Source of the DNA: an uncultured Candidatus Saccharibacteria bacterium
GTDB lineage: Bacteria > Patescibacteriota > UBA1384 > JAMDBS01 > CAYSHH01
Assembly: GCA_964430945.1 (NCBI GenBank)
Contig: CAYSHH010000004.1
Coordinates: 334-64,333 of the forward strand
Direction of reading: 5' to 3'
DNA length: 64,000 bases
Positions 50,841 to 60,706 of this stretch are shown here, in pieces. Numbering within the stretch: the stretch's first letter is position 1; each line of letters begins with the position of its first letter. Below the pieces are notes generated by a model. That model was not told the origin of the DNA. It searched no databases and worked only from the letters and a program-made list of their open reading frames with translations. A program made the translations under genes and the position numbers.

Positions 50841-51956
50841 ATGAAAACAAAAAAATATTTACTTTGCATTCCAACTTACAATGAGGCAGAAAATCTCAAG
50901 AAACTTTTGCCTACCATCTCAAAGTTAAATCTTAAAAACACTGATATATTGATTATTGATGATAGCTCACCAGATGGATCCTCAAAACTAGCTAAAGAAA
51001 TGGATGCTTCGGGAAAAATAAAAAATAAAATTTATGTTCTTGATCGTAGAAAGAAGGAAGGTCTTGGTAAAGCATATATCGCAGGTTTCAAATGGGCGCT
51101 AGCTAGAAATTATGACTATATGTTTTCCATGGACGCTGATTTTTCACATGATCCAAAATATTTGCCCAAGATGAAAGAAAAATCAGCTGACTATGATGTT
51201 GTTATAGGTTCCCGTTATGTTCCTGGTGGAAAAATTGTTGGCTGGGAATGGTTCAGATATGCAAATTCCTATGGAGCTAATTTTGTTACTCGTATGGTTT
51301 TAGGTCTAAAACCAAAAGATGCTACAGCAGGATTTAAATGTTATTCAGCTCGATTTTTGCGATCACTAGATCTTGATAAAATTATTGCTGGAGGATATGC
51401 ATTTCAGGTAGAGATGCTGAATCTTGCTCAAGATGGTGGATTTAGTTTCACTGAAATTCCTATTACTTTTGTTGATCGTAGAGTCGGAGAGTCAAAAATT
51501 TCAGGAGAGCTTTCTCGTTCAGCCAAAACTGTATTTCAACTTGCTGCCAGAAAAAAAACTTATCGTCAATTTATCAAATTTGCAATTGTTGGAGCCATAA
51601 ATACTCTAGTTGATTGGGCAGTGTATTGGATAATAATTCATTTTACTGGTTGGAGTACACAAAATCTAAAACAAATTGCCAAAGCCTTATCTTTTATAGT
51701 ATCTGCAACCTCAAATTATATTATGAATCGCGTTTGGACATTTCGTTCTCGCGACAAAAAAGTTCTCAAGCAAGCCAGCAAATTTTTTGCCGTTGCCCTT
51801 GTTGGTTTGATATTAAATAATGCAATATTTTATGTTGTTACGGGTATTCTGCATTGGAAAGATTTTTATGGCTTAGCTGTCGCTACCGCTCTAGTACTAT
51901 TTTGGAATTTCTTTGCTAATAAGAGGTGGACTTTTAAAGAGAAAAATAATAATTAA
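50841..51956 (+). CDS. Polyprenol-monophosphomannose synthase fused to a GtrA-like translocase
   Basis: IPTYNE, DDSSPDG, MDADFSHDP, GSRYV, D-TAGF, GYAFQVE; C-terminal KFAIVG--NT-VD...NR-WTF. Confidence 0.92.
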   Translation: MKTKKYLLCIPTYNEAENLKKLLPTISKLNLKNTDILIIDDSSPDGSSKLAKEMDASGKIKNKIYVLDRRKKEGLGKAYIAGFKWALARNYDYMFSMDADFSHDPKYLPKMKEKSADYDVVIGSRYVPGGKIVGWEWFRYANSYGANFVTRMVLGLKPKDATAGFKCYSARFLRSLDLDKIIAGGYAFQVEMLNLAQDGGFSFTEIPITFVDRRVGESKISGELSRSAKTVFQLAARKKTYRQFIKFAIVGAINTLVDWAVYWIIIHFTGWSTQNLKQIAKALSFIVSATSNYIMNRVWTFRSRDKKVLKQASKFFAVALVGLILNNAIFYVVTGILHWKDFYGLAVATALVLFWNFFANKRWTFKEKNNN

Positions 51957-51969
51957 ATTAATACTAAAA

Positions 51970-53241
51970 ATGAAAAAAATTTTACTTATTCTATTGGTTA
52001 TTATCTTATTAGGTACAGTTGGATTTTATTTATTTGATTATTATCAAGATAAAAATACAAATAATTCATCTAATAAAAACAATATTGTCAATCAAGATAG
52101 TAATCTAAGTTTATCTCAGGCAAATAATCAATTTGCTTTCAAATTATATTCACAAATTAAAAAAAATGATCAGAATATTCTTTTTTCACCATATAGTATT
52201 ATGGATGCTTTCGGTATGGTTTATGAAGGATCTCAAGGTGATACTGCAAATCAAATTGCTAATGTTTTTCAATTCACAACCAATGACCAGAAAAGAAGAG
52301 ATGAGTTTTTGTCGTTTCAAAATAATCTAGTAGCTACGGACAATTTATATACACTAAGAAGTGCAAATTCTTTATGGGTTGAAAAAACTTATTCTGTATT
52401 AGATTCTTATCTTGAGGTTATTGAAAAATATTATGGTGGTGATGCTCAAAATATTGATTTTAAAAACAATCCTCAGATTTCACGTCAAACGATTAATCAA
52501 TGGGTCTCAAATCAAACAAACAATAAAATCAAAGATTTATTCGGAGAAAAATCGATTACTGAAGATACTAAATTAGTACTGGCAAATGCTATATATTTTA
52601 AGGGTGAATGGATAAATAAATTTTATCCAAATAATACGCATAATGATACTTTTACTTTAGCAAATGGTAATACTATTGATACTAAGATGATGTCTATCAA
52701 GAACGACGAAACAAATTTTGATTATTATGAAGATGATAATTTACAAGTGTTAAAAATGCCCTATGTGGGAAATAAGTTATCGATGGTATTACTTTTACCT
52801 AAGAGCAATAATCTATCATCTCTAGAGCAATCTCTTACAGATACTAGCTTAAATCAATGGCAGCAAGGATTAACAAATCAGGCAGTAAATGTTTATTTGC
52901 CTAAATTTACATTCAATGATAAATACGATTTAGTTGATACTTTAAAACAAATGGGAATAACAGATTCCTTTGACGCTAGAAAAGCTAATTTTTCTGGGAT
53001 AAGTCAAAAGAATGATTTATTTATTAATGCTGTCGAACATCAGGTATATATTGGAGTAAATGAATTAGGTACTGAAGCTGCGGCTGCAACAGGGATTGGT
53101 ATGTCAGCGACTTCGGTATCAATGGTTTCTCCAAAAGCTGTGCCAGTCTTTAGAGCTGATCATCCTTTTATGTTTCTGATTCAAGATGACACTACCAAAA
53201 CTATCTTATTTATGGGTTCAGTGAACAATCCGACCTTGTAA
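51970..53241 (+). CDS. Serpin with N-terminal membrane anchor
   Basis: FSPYSI, INQWVS--T---I, NAIYFKG-W, LPKF, hinge ELGTEAAAAT, FRADHPF. Confidence 0.96.
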   Translation: MKKILLILLVIILLGTVGFYLFDYYQDKNTNNSSNKNNIVNQDSNLSLSQANNQFAFKLYSQIKKNDQNILFSPYSIMDAFGMVYEGSQGDTANQIANVFQFTTNDQKRRDEFLSFQNNLVATDNLYTLRSANSLWVEKTYSVLDSYLEVIEKYYGGDAQNIDFKNNPQISRQTINQWVSNQTNNKIKDLFGEKSITEDTKLVLANAIYFKGEWINKFYPNNTHNDTFTLANGNTIDTKMMSIKNDETNFDYYEDDNLQVLKMPYVGNKLSMVLLLPKSNNLSSLEQSLTDTSLNQWQQGLTNQAVNVYLPKFTFNDKYDLVDTLKQMGITDSFDARKANFSGISQKNDLFINAVEHQVYIGVNELGTEAAAATGIGMSATSVSMVSPKAVPVFRADHPFMFLIQDDTTKTILFMGSVNNPTL

Positions 53242-53273
53242 TTATTTCACGTAAAAATTATAAAAAATAATAA

Positions 53274-54725
53274 ATGATATGGATAAATGTTTTTATTGGA
53301 GTTGTTTTAAGACTTCTCAATTTAGGAGCCCGTCCTTTTGATGGTGATGAAGGTATCATATTGAAGCTCACAGAAGGAAGTTGGAGCAATCTATTTACAC
53401 AAACCACTCATGATGTTCACCCACCTCTCTATCACGTATTAGTTAAGCTTATGACGGTTTCTGGGGTAAATGAATGGACAGCACGTATTGGTTCTGTCCT
53501 TTTGGGAATACTAGCAATATATCTTATTTATATTTTTTCTAAAAATATTTTTGATAAGAAGATCGCTTTGGTTGCATCATTTCTGGCTGCAATTTCTCCG
53601 TATCTTCTATATCCCGCACAAGAAGCCAGGATGTATGCATTATTTTTAGTATTATCGCTTTTGTCATTTTATTTCTTTTTCAAGCTGCTTTTAAAGAACA
53701 ATACCAAAGATTTCATTTGGTTGACTATTTTTTCAGTGCTTCTTCTATATACCCAATATCTAGGTTTTGTGATCATTGGCAGCCAGATAATCTATTTATT
53801 ATTTAGACGAGATCAATATAAATTTTGGAAATCCTACTTAATCTCATATTTAGCAATTGCAGTATTATTTATCCCGCAGTTTTCGACTATGATTGATCAG
53901 TTTCAGTCACGTGTTGCCGAGCAGTCTCAAGCAGTATCGCTTATCGATAATTTTAAGGGTTTAATAGGTGCGTTTTATCGTTTTGGTGCTGGTAGATTGT
54001 TTCTTGATATTAATCCAAGCAGTATAAAAGATTTAGCATCTACAAATATTTGGTTATTTATATTATTTTTAGTAAGCATATTAGTTCCATTTGGTATTTT
54101 TGGTTACGGTAAAGTAAAATTATATTTTCATGATAAGAAGAAATTTTGGCTTTTGTTTACTCCCATCGCGATAGCCGTTATGCTCGCATTGGTCTCCAGC
54201 GAAGTTGGTTCGCGAGCATCACGTTATCTTATTTATATCTATCCATTTTATATCATTGTTGTGAGCTACGCATTTTTAGACTTCTGGAAGGCTTGGTGGG
54301 GAAAGATGCTGGCCATTACTTTTATAATTATAAATCTAATGGGGATTTATACTTATTTTTCTCGTGATGTTGCATCCCCTGGAGCAAATAAAATTGCAGA
54401 TTTCATACATCAAAATTACAAAGAAGGCGATGCGATTTTGGTCCGTGGAGGATTTGGTGGAGGAGAGACATGGGTTTTGAATTATTATCTTGATCAAAAA
54501 ATACCAGCGATCTATGATATGTTCGGAGATTATCAACCGGGAAATTTGGCTGATCTTAAAGCCATAAAGCCAGAAAATAAGATAAACGAACTTCTTGAAA
54601 AATATAATACAGTATATTTCTATGATATGACTTATCAAACAAATGAAATTCCAAATTCTAAAGCACATGAATTGGGAAAAGACAAAGAAGATAAATCACT
54701 TACTGTCTGGGAAATTAATAAATAA
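53274..54725 (+). CDS. GT-C (PMT-like, GT39-type) glycosyltransferase
   Basis: GDE, DVHPPLY, QEARMY, RY. Confidence 0.88.
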   Translation: MIWINVFIGVVLRLLNLGARPFDGDEGIILKLTEGSWSNLFTQTTHDVHPPLYHVLVKLMTVSGVNEWTARIGSVLLGILAIYLIYIFSKNIFDKKIALVASFLAAISPYLLYPAQEARMYALFLVLSLLSFYFFFKLLLKNNTKDFIWLTIFSVLLLYTQYLGFVIIGSQIIYLLFRRDQYKFWKSYLISYLAIAVLFIPQFSTMIDQFQSRVAEQSQAVSLIDNFKGLIGAFYRFGAGRLFLDINPSSIKDLASTNIWLFILFLVSILVPFGIFGYGKVKLYFHDKKKFWLLFTPIAIAVMLALVSSEVGSRASRYLIYIYPFYIIVVSYAFLDFWKAWWGKMLAITFIIINLMGIYTYFSRDVASPGANKIADFIHQNYKEGDAILVRGGFGGGETWVLNYYLDQKIPAIYDMFGDYQPGNLADLKAIKPENKINELLEKYNTVYFYDMTYQTNEIPNSKAHELGKDKEDKSLTVWEINK

Positions 54726-54747
54726 ACTTACGTATTGGAGATTAAAT

Positions 54748-55872
54748 ATGAAAATTGGGATTGACGCAAGATTTTATCGAAGTTCAACTGCTGGCATTGG
54801 AAGATACACTCGTGGACTACTCAAAAATTTGGCGAAAATAGACAAAAAGGATTTATACACAATTTTTATTACACCCGAAGATGATAAAGAATACGATATT
54901 GTGGCTGATAATTTTAAAAAAGTTGTTATCCCAATCGTTCATTACTCATTATCAGAACAAACAAAATTCTTAAGTTTACTTAATAAAGGTAGATTTGATC
55001 TTGTCCATTTTTTGAATTTTAATCACCCGATTATGTATAATCGTCCGTTTATTACCACTATCCACGATCTTACAATGCTCTTGTACCCAGTCGGAAGATC
55101 ACAAAAGTCTTGGATGAGAAAAGCGGCCTTTCAAAAAGTTATGAAAAACGCTGCTCAAAAAAGCTCGGAAGTTATAGCAGTGTCTAATGAAACCAAAAAA
55201 GACATTATCAAATATCTCGGTGCGCACGAAGAAAAAATCAAGGTTATCTATGAGGCATATGATGGTATTTACCACGACCAATATGCCAAATCAAAACTCG
55301 TAAATTTTAGAAAGAAATATTCTCTTACTGATAGATATATTCTTTTTGTTTCTCAATGGAGACCACATAAAGGATTGCCCGAGCTTATCGAATCATTTAA
55401 AATTTTAAAAGAAAAATACAATATTCCACACAAATTAGTAATAACTGGGAAACCTAATGAGCATTTTCCTCAAATTATTTCTTCTATTGATAAATCAAAA
55501 TTTAAAAAAGATATAGTACTACCCGGTTTTGTCCCAGATCTTGATTTGCCTCTTTTTTATAATGCCGCAGAACTTTTTGTTTTTCCCTCTCTTTATGAAG
55601 GGTTTGGACTTGGTCCACTTGAGGCTATGGCTTGTGGAACGCCAGTTGCTTCTTCAAACTTATCATGCATGCCTGAAATTTTAGGAGACGCAGCAGTTTA
55701 TTTTAATCCAACAAATGTCCATGGCATGGCCAAAACTATAAATGAAGTTCTTTCAGATAAAAATCTACGTGAAAAAATGAGTAAATCTAGCCTTCATCGT
55801 GTCAAAAAATATTCCTGGGAAAAGATGGCTAAAGAAACTCTTGAGTTATATCAAAACGTATATCGCATCTAG
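54748..55872 (+). CDS. GT4 glycosyltransferase (mannosyltransferase-like)
   Basis: MKIGIDAR, GIGRY, TIHDL, FPSLYEGFGLGPLEAMACG; GGAG RBS. Confidence 0.95.
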   Translation: MKIGIDARFYRSSTAGIGRYTRGLLKNLAKIDKKDLYTIFITPEDDKEYDIVADNFKKVVIPIVHYSLSEQTKFLSLLNKGRFDLVHFLNFNHPIMYNRPFITTIHDLTMLLYPVGRSQKSWMRKAAFQKVMKNAAQKSSEVIAVSNETKKDIIKYLGAHEEKIKVIYEAYDGIYHDQYAKSKLVNFRKKYSLTDRYILFVSQWRPHKGLPELIESFKILKEKYNIPHKLVITGKPNEHFPQIISSIDKSKFKKDIVLPGFVPDLDLPLFYNAAELFVFPSLYEGFGLGPLEAMACGTPVASSNLSCMPEILGDAAVYFNPTNVHGMAKTINEVLSDKNLREKMSKSSLHRVKKYSWEKMAKETLELYQNVYRI

Positions 55873-55942
55873 ATTGACTATTTTACATTTTATGGGTAAT
55901 ATTAAAATAAAATCAAGCAAAGGTACTTGGTAAGTTTTGTAT

Positions 55943-56182
55943 ATGAGCAAAAAAAACAATAAATTAACTTGCGTATTAGAAAAATACGAAAAATCTCAAG
56001 CTGTTCTCGTATTTGAAATATCAAAAGAAAATACTCAAAAAATTATTCTTCCCAAAAGGTATTTACCAAAAAATGCAAAAATAAACAGTACTCTACATTT
56101 TGAAATATATACTGATTACATGGCAGGTATGAATCAAAAAAGGATTGCTCAATACGTGCTAGACGAAATTATTAACAACTAA
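55943..56182 (+). CDS. Small hypothetical protein (DUF3006-like)
   Basis: E---AVL...LP--YLP pattern; TTGACT-17-TAATAT upstream. Confidence 0.6.
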   Translation: MSKKNNKLTCVLEKYEKSQAVLVFEISKENTQKIILPKRYLPKNAKINSTLHFEIYTDYMAGMNQKRIAQYVLDEIINN

Positions 56183-56204
56183 TAATTAATGATTAGTAAG
56201 TGTT

Positions 56205-58331
56205 ATGAAAAAAAATAAAAATATATCTTTGACAAAAAAAGAAAAACTAGCAAGCAACCGAATTACAACAAACACTATTAAGCGAAGAAAATTTATTCCT
56301 TTTATTATTGCTGGTGTTATTTTTGCAGTTTTGATCTTTTCATATGGTTGGTATTCGCTAGTCTATGTTAATAGAATATATCCGAATGTTGTCATTGGCA
56401 GTACTGATTTTTCTGGTCTATCTCAAGAAAATGCTATAAAAAAATTGGACGAACAAGTCAAAAAGATAAACAGTAACGACATTAAGCTCATTCTTTCTGG
56501 TAATACTTGGGACATTAAAACTAGTGATATCGGTCTAAACTATGATATTGAAGGTACAATAGAAAAAATATATTCCGTTGGACGTAGAGGAAATTTTTTC
56601 GATAATCTTAAAGAACGAGTTTCCCTTCTTTTTAAAAACAAAAATATAGATGCAATTTATTCATTAGATCAAAATGTAATCAGTGGCAAACTCGCAGAAA
56701 TATATAGTGAAAATGAAACACCAGTGTCAGATGCTAAATTTATATATAGCAATGACGTAGTAACAATCGAGCCCGAGAAAAGTGGTCAAACGATTGATAA
56801 GGCAAAGCTTTATGCTGATCTTGACCAAAATTTATCTCAGCTCAACAGTGTGTATGATATCAATATCATACTTGAAGATACATATCCCAAAATCACTGAA
56901 AATATGTTAAATAATTTAAAAGATCAATATGTTCGAGCTCTTAATAACGTTATTATATTAAACTCTGAAGTAAAAAATATTACTATAAGTAAATCACAAA
57001 TTTCTTCATGGATTTATACTGCAGCAGTATTCAATGAAGATCAAACTGGATTCATACCAAAAGCACATGCAGAAGAAGAATCTGGCAATTTTTCAGCTCA
57101 ACTAGAAATAAATCAAGAAGAAATTAGAAAATTTATAGATAGTATTGCTGGAGATATCAATCACGATCCCAAGGATGCACGCTTAAGTTTTTCCAATGGC
57201 AATGTTTCTGTATTTCAAACACCAGAGAAGGGATACAAAGTTGATGAAGATCAAACTGTTGCTGATATCACAAATTTACTTATATCGCGCATGAATGTTT
57301 CGAGAGCTTCAAATGATAAAAATACAGATGAAAATAATAATATTGAATTACCGCTGGAAATTACTGATCCCGAAGTGTCTGATGTAAATTCTGAAACATT
57401 GGGAATCAAGGAAAGGATTGGAACAGGCACAACTAGTTTTTCTGGTAGCCCAGACAACAGGATTCATAATATTAAAAATGGCGCCAATATGTTTCATGGA
57501 GTTGTCATTAAGCCTGGCGAAACACTTTCCGCCATTTCAATACTGGGAAATCCTAGTGCTGAAACTGGTTATTTACCTGAACTTGTTATTAAAGAAAATA
57601 AAACACTTCCTGAATATGGCGGTGGACTTTGCCAGGTATCAACTACACTTTTTAGAGCAGCTTTAAACGCTGGTCTAGAAATTTTGGAGAGAACGAATCA
57701 TGCTTATAGAGTAAGTTATTATGAGCCGCCAGTGGGTATGGATGCTACAGTGTATTATCCTCAACCAGATTTGGTAATCAAAAACAACACAGATCATTAC
57801 ATACTTATTCAAACATCGGTAGTTGGTACACAAATAACATTTGATTTATATGGCACAAAAGATGGTCGTAATGTAGAAATGTCTGAACCAGTAGTTTCAG
57901 AGACAATTTCTCCACCAAAAGATGTATATATTGAGTCGTCTGACTTACCAGCAGGTACAATTAAAAAACAAGAAAGCTCACACGCTGGAGCAAAGGCATC
58001 ATTTTATTACAAAGTAATTAAAGATGGCAAAACATTGTTTGAAAAAACATTCAACAGTGTTTATAAAGCCTGGCAGGGTGTTTATCTTTTCGGTACTGGC
58101 ACGACGCTTCCCGATGGTGTTGACGCAAAAGATAAAGATGGCAACAAAGTTGAAGGTCAAAAAGACGCCGGTGGCAATAAATGTTCTAATGAATGTGAGG
58201 AGGGGTGGACTGAGTGTAAAGATGGTGGTATAAGACGTTGTAATAAAGACGGTGATTGTCTCAAATGGTCAGCAGTTTCCAGTTGCGGTGACGGACAGAC
58301 TTGTTCTAACAATCAATGCGTAAATCAGTAA
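56205..58331 (+). CDS. VanW family protein with peptidoglycan-binding repeats and Cys-rich tail
   Basis: NR-HNI, GGGLCQVSTTLF, ER-NH, GMDATV, N-T---ILI; N-terminal TM. Confidence 0.9.
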   Translation: MKKNKNISLTKKEKLASNRITTNTIKRRKFIPFIIAGVIFAVLIFSYGWYSLVYVNRIYPNVVIGSTDFSGLSQENAIKKLDEQVKKINSNDIKLILSGNTWDIKTSDIGLNYDIEGTIEKIYSVGRRGNFFDNLKERVSLLFKNKNIDAIYSLDQNVISGKLAEIYSENETPVSDAKFIYSNDVVTIEPEKSGQTIDKAKLYADLDQNLSQLNSVYDINIILEDTYPKITENMLNNLKDQYVRALNNVIILNSEVKNITISKSQISSWIYTAAVFNEDQTGFIPKAHAEEESGNFSAQLEINQEEIRKFIDSIAGDINHDPKDARLSFSNGNVSVFQTPEKGYKVDEDQTVADITNLLISRMNVSRASNDKNTDENNNIELPLEITDPEVSDVNSETLGIKERIGTGTTSFSGSPDNRIHNIKNGANMFHGVVIKPGETLSAISILGNPSAETGYLPELVIKENKTLPEYGGGLCQVSTTLFRAALNAGLEILERTNHAYRVSYYEPPVGMDATVYYPQPDLVIKNNTDHYILIQTSVVGTQITFDLYGTKDGRNVEMSEPVVSETISPPKDVYIESSDLPAGTIKKQESSHAGAKASFYYKVIKDGKTLFEKTFNSVYKAWQGVYLFGTGTTLPDGVDAKDKDGNKVEGQKDAGGNKCSNECEEGWTECKDGGIRRCNKDGDCLKWSAVSSCGDGQTCSNNQCVNQ

Positions 58332-58447
58332 TAACTGTCTATTCTCACGAAGGTTTACAGTTTGCTAATAATTGGTTAAGTAATATATAATTAGTATGAC
58401 GATGTCATACTTTTTATTTAATATTAATTATTTTGCTAGGAGAAAAT

Positions 58448-59818
58448 ATGAAAATAGCAGAATCAATCTTTAAAGCATACGATATCAGAGGAATTTATCC
58501 AAAAGAACTCGATGAAAAATTAGCTGAAAAAATAGCTCGAGGATATGCCAAGCTTATTAAAAACGAGCTTAAGAAAAAACGCATCACGATTGTTGTTGGT
58601 AAAGACATGAGAAAAAGCTCGACTCCATTGATAAAATCTGTGATCAAGGGGCTTACAAAATCTGGCATTGATGTAGTTGATGTCGGGTTGGTATCAACTC
58701 CTACATTTTATTATGCAGTTTCCAAATACGGTTATGATGGCGGTATGATGGTGACTGCATCTCACAATCCTAAGGAATATAATGGCATTAAGATGACTCG
58801 TGCCAAAGCAGTACCTGTATCTGGTGAAACTGGTATTGATGACATTAAAAATATGGTCAAGGCTGATGATTTTAGTGATGAAAAGAAAGCGGGAAAAGTT
58901 ATTAAAAAGGCAAATGTTTTGAAAGATCAAGTCAAAGACGAGCTTAAATATGTTGATGTTAAAAAAATTAAACCATTAAAAATTGTTGTCGATGCAGCCA
59001 ATGGCATGGGGGCACAATATCTTACCGAACTTTTTAAACATCTTCCATGTAAACTTGTTAAACTATATTTTACACTCGACGGATCATTTCCCAATCACGA
59101 AGCAGACCCTTTGAAGGATGAGACACTAGACGATCTTAAGAAAAAAGTTCTTAAGGAAAAAGCAGATCTTGGTGTAGCCACTGACGGAGATGGAGATAGA
59201 ATTTTCTTTGTTACCAACGATGGTAGATCTCTTTATCAGCCAATTACTCGTGGACTTATGGCCCAAAGTTTTCTTAAAAGTAATCCCAAAGCAGTAGTTT
59301 GCTATGATATTCGCCCTGGTAAAATTACTCGAGAGATGATTATTGAAGCTGGTGGCAAGCCATCAGTTACCAGAGTCGGTCACTCTCTTATCAAAGAACA
59401 AATGATAAAAACTGGCGCAGTTTTTTCTGGTGAATCATCTGGACACTTTTTCGCGCGAGTCCCTTACGGAGTTTATGAGACACCGATGATTGTCGTTTTA
59501 AAGATGCTTGAGCTTATTTCTACTGCTGGCAAATCAATATCAGAGATTATTGAGCCATACGAAAAATATTATGCTTCTGGTGAAATAAATTCTGAAGTTA
59601 AAGATCCTCAAGCCAAGATGAAAGAATTAGTCAAAAAATATAAAAAATCTGCTAAAGATTTTACAGATATGGATGGAGTGAGTTTCGAATTTGATGACTA
59701 TTGGTTTAATGTCCGACCTTCTAACACCGAACCAAAATTAAGATTAAATTTAGAGGCAGTGTCAAAAAAAATTATGGAAGGGAAAAGAGACGAAATCCTA
59801 AAGCATATTAGATCATAA
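58448..59818 (+). CDS. manB: Phosphomannomutase/phosphoglucomutase
   Basis: FKAYDIRG, TASHNP, DGDGDR, GESSGH, RPSNTEP. Confidence 0.95.
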   Translation: MKIAESIFKAYDIRGIYPKELDEKLAEKIARGYAKLIKNELKKKRITIVVGKDMRKSSTPLIKSVIKGLTKSGIDVVDVGLVSTPTFYYAVSKYGYDGGMMVTASHNPKEYNGIKMTRAKAVPVSGETGIDDIKNMVKADDFSDEKKAGKVIKKANVLKDQVKDELKYVDVKKIKPLKIVVDAANGMGAQYLTELFKHLPCKLVKLYFTLDGSFPNHEADPLKDETLDDLKKKVLKEKADLGVATDGDGDRIFFVTNDGRSLYQPITRGLMAQSFLKSNPKAVVCYDIRPGKITREMIIEAGGKPSVTRVGHSLIKEQMIKTGAVFSGESSGHFFARVPYGVYETPMIVVLKMLELISTAGKSISEIIEPYEKYYASGEINSEVKDPQAKMKELVKKYKKSAKDFTDMDGVSFEFDDYWFNVRPSNTEPKLRLNLEAVSKKIMEGKRDEILKHIRS

Positions 59819-59831
59819 TAAGGGTTAAAAC

Positions 59832-60594
59832 ATGAAAAAATATTTAAATTATGCTCTTGCTACTCTTAAAAAAAACAGACTCAATTATTTTAGATTATTA
59901 TCATAAATCTAGTCTTGCTATTTCTAGAAAATCTGACAATAGCCCAGTTACCGAGGCAGACAAGCGTGCTGAAAAATTATTCATATCGGAAATGAAATCT
60001 CAGTTTCCAGACCATAATTTTTTTGGCGAGGAAACTGGTGGCAAATTAGACCAAAGTAAATTTACTTGGATTATTGACCCAATCGATGGTACAAAAAATT
60101 TTACCAAACATATTCCTTATTTTTCCACTTTGATAGCGTTAGTCAAAGACAGTGAAGTACTACTGGGTATTTCTCATACACCTTATTTAAAAACTACAAT
60201 GTATGCACTCAAAAGAAAAGGTGCTTTTCTAGACAATAAGAAAATCAGTGTCAGTAAAACTGATAAAATCTCAGAATCTTGGATTAATCACGGTGGGATA
60301 AATCATTTTTCACAAGGGAAATATATTAAAGGGCTGTATAATCTTTCAAAAGATTGTAATCGAGATAGAGGTTTTGGCGATTTTTGGATGCATGAACTAG
60401 TTGCTCAAGGTAAATTTGAAATTTCTGTTGAAGCTAAAACACATTTTTGGGATGTCGCATGTTTTAAAGTTATTATCGAGGAAGCTGGTGGCAAAGTCAC
60501 CGATCTTAATGGTAACCCACTTACGCCAGATAGTACGTCTATACTTGCAACAAACAGAATATTGCATAATAAAGTTGTAAAATATTTCAAATAA
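59832..60594 (+). CDS. Inositol monophosphatase/histidinol-phosphatase family, apparent +1 frameshift near the 5' end
   Basis: VTEAD, GEE, WIIDPIDGTKNF, WDVA. Likely ATG 59832 is out of frame with the body across an A8 run at 59868-59875. Confidence 0.85.
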
Positions 60595-60655
60595 AAATAA
60601 TGCATAAGGCAATGAATTAGATTAATTTTACGCCTTGATATTTATTTAACTGATC

Positions 60656-60684
60656 AAAAACAGGCAACTAATTGCCTGTTTTTA
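60656..60684. terminator. Bidirectional terminator
   Basis: AAAAACAGGCAA-ctaa-TTGCCTGTTTTT between convergent genes. Confidence 0.8.
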
Positions 60685-60706
60685 TAGTCTAAAATTTTTA
60701 TGAAAT

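Noticed and set aside
22860-55640. Similar DNA encoding FPSLYEGFGL in two GT4 genes
   Set aside because: Conserved protein motif in paralogs, not a repeat element
57050-57085. Internal IPKAHAEE resembling a signal-peptidase site in VanW
   Set aside because: No preceding hydrophobic h-region; likely chance
56205-58331. Vancomycin resistance cluster (VanW plus D,D-carboxypeptidase)
   Set aside because: No vanH/A/X or vanRS; the two genes are about 38 kb apart and both families are common cell-wall genes
58394-58416. AGTATGAC-gat-GTCATACT inverted repeat before manB
   Set aside because: Could be a weak terminator or an operator; cannot be distinguished and no regulator is nearby
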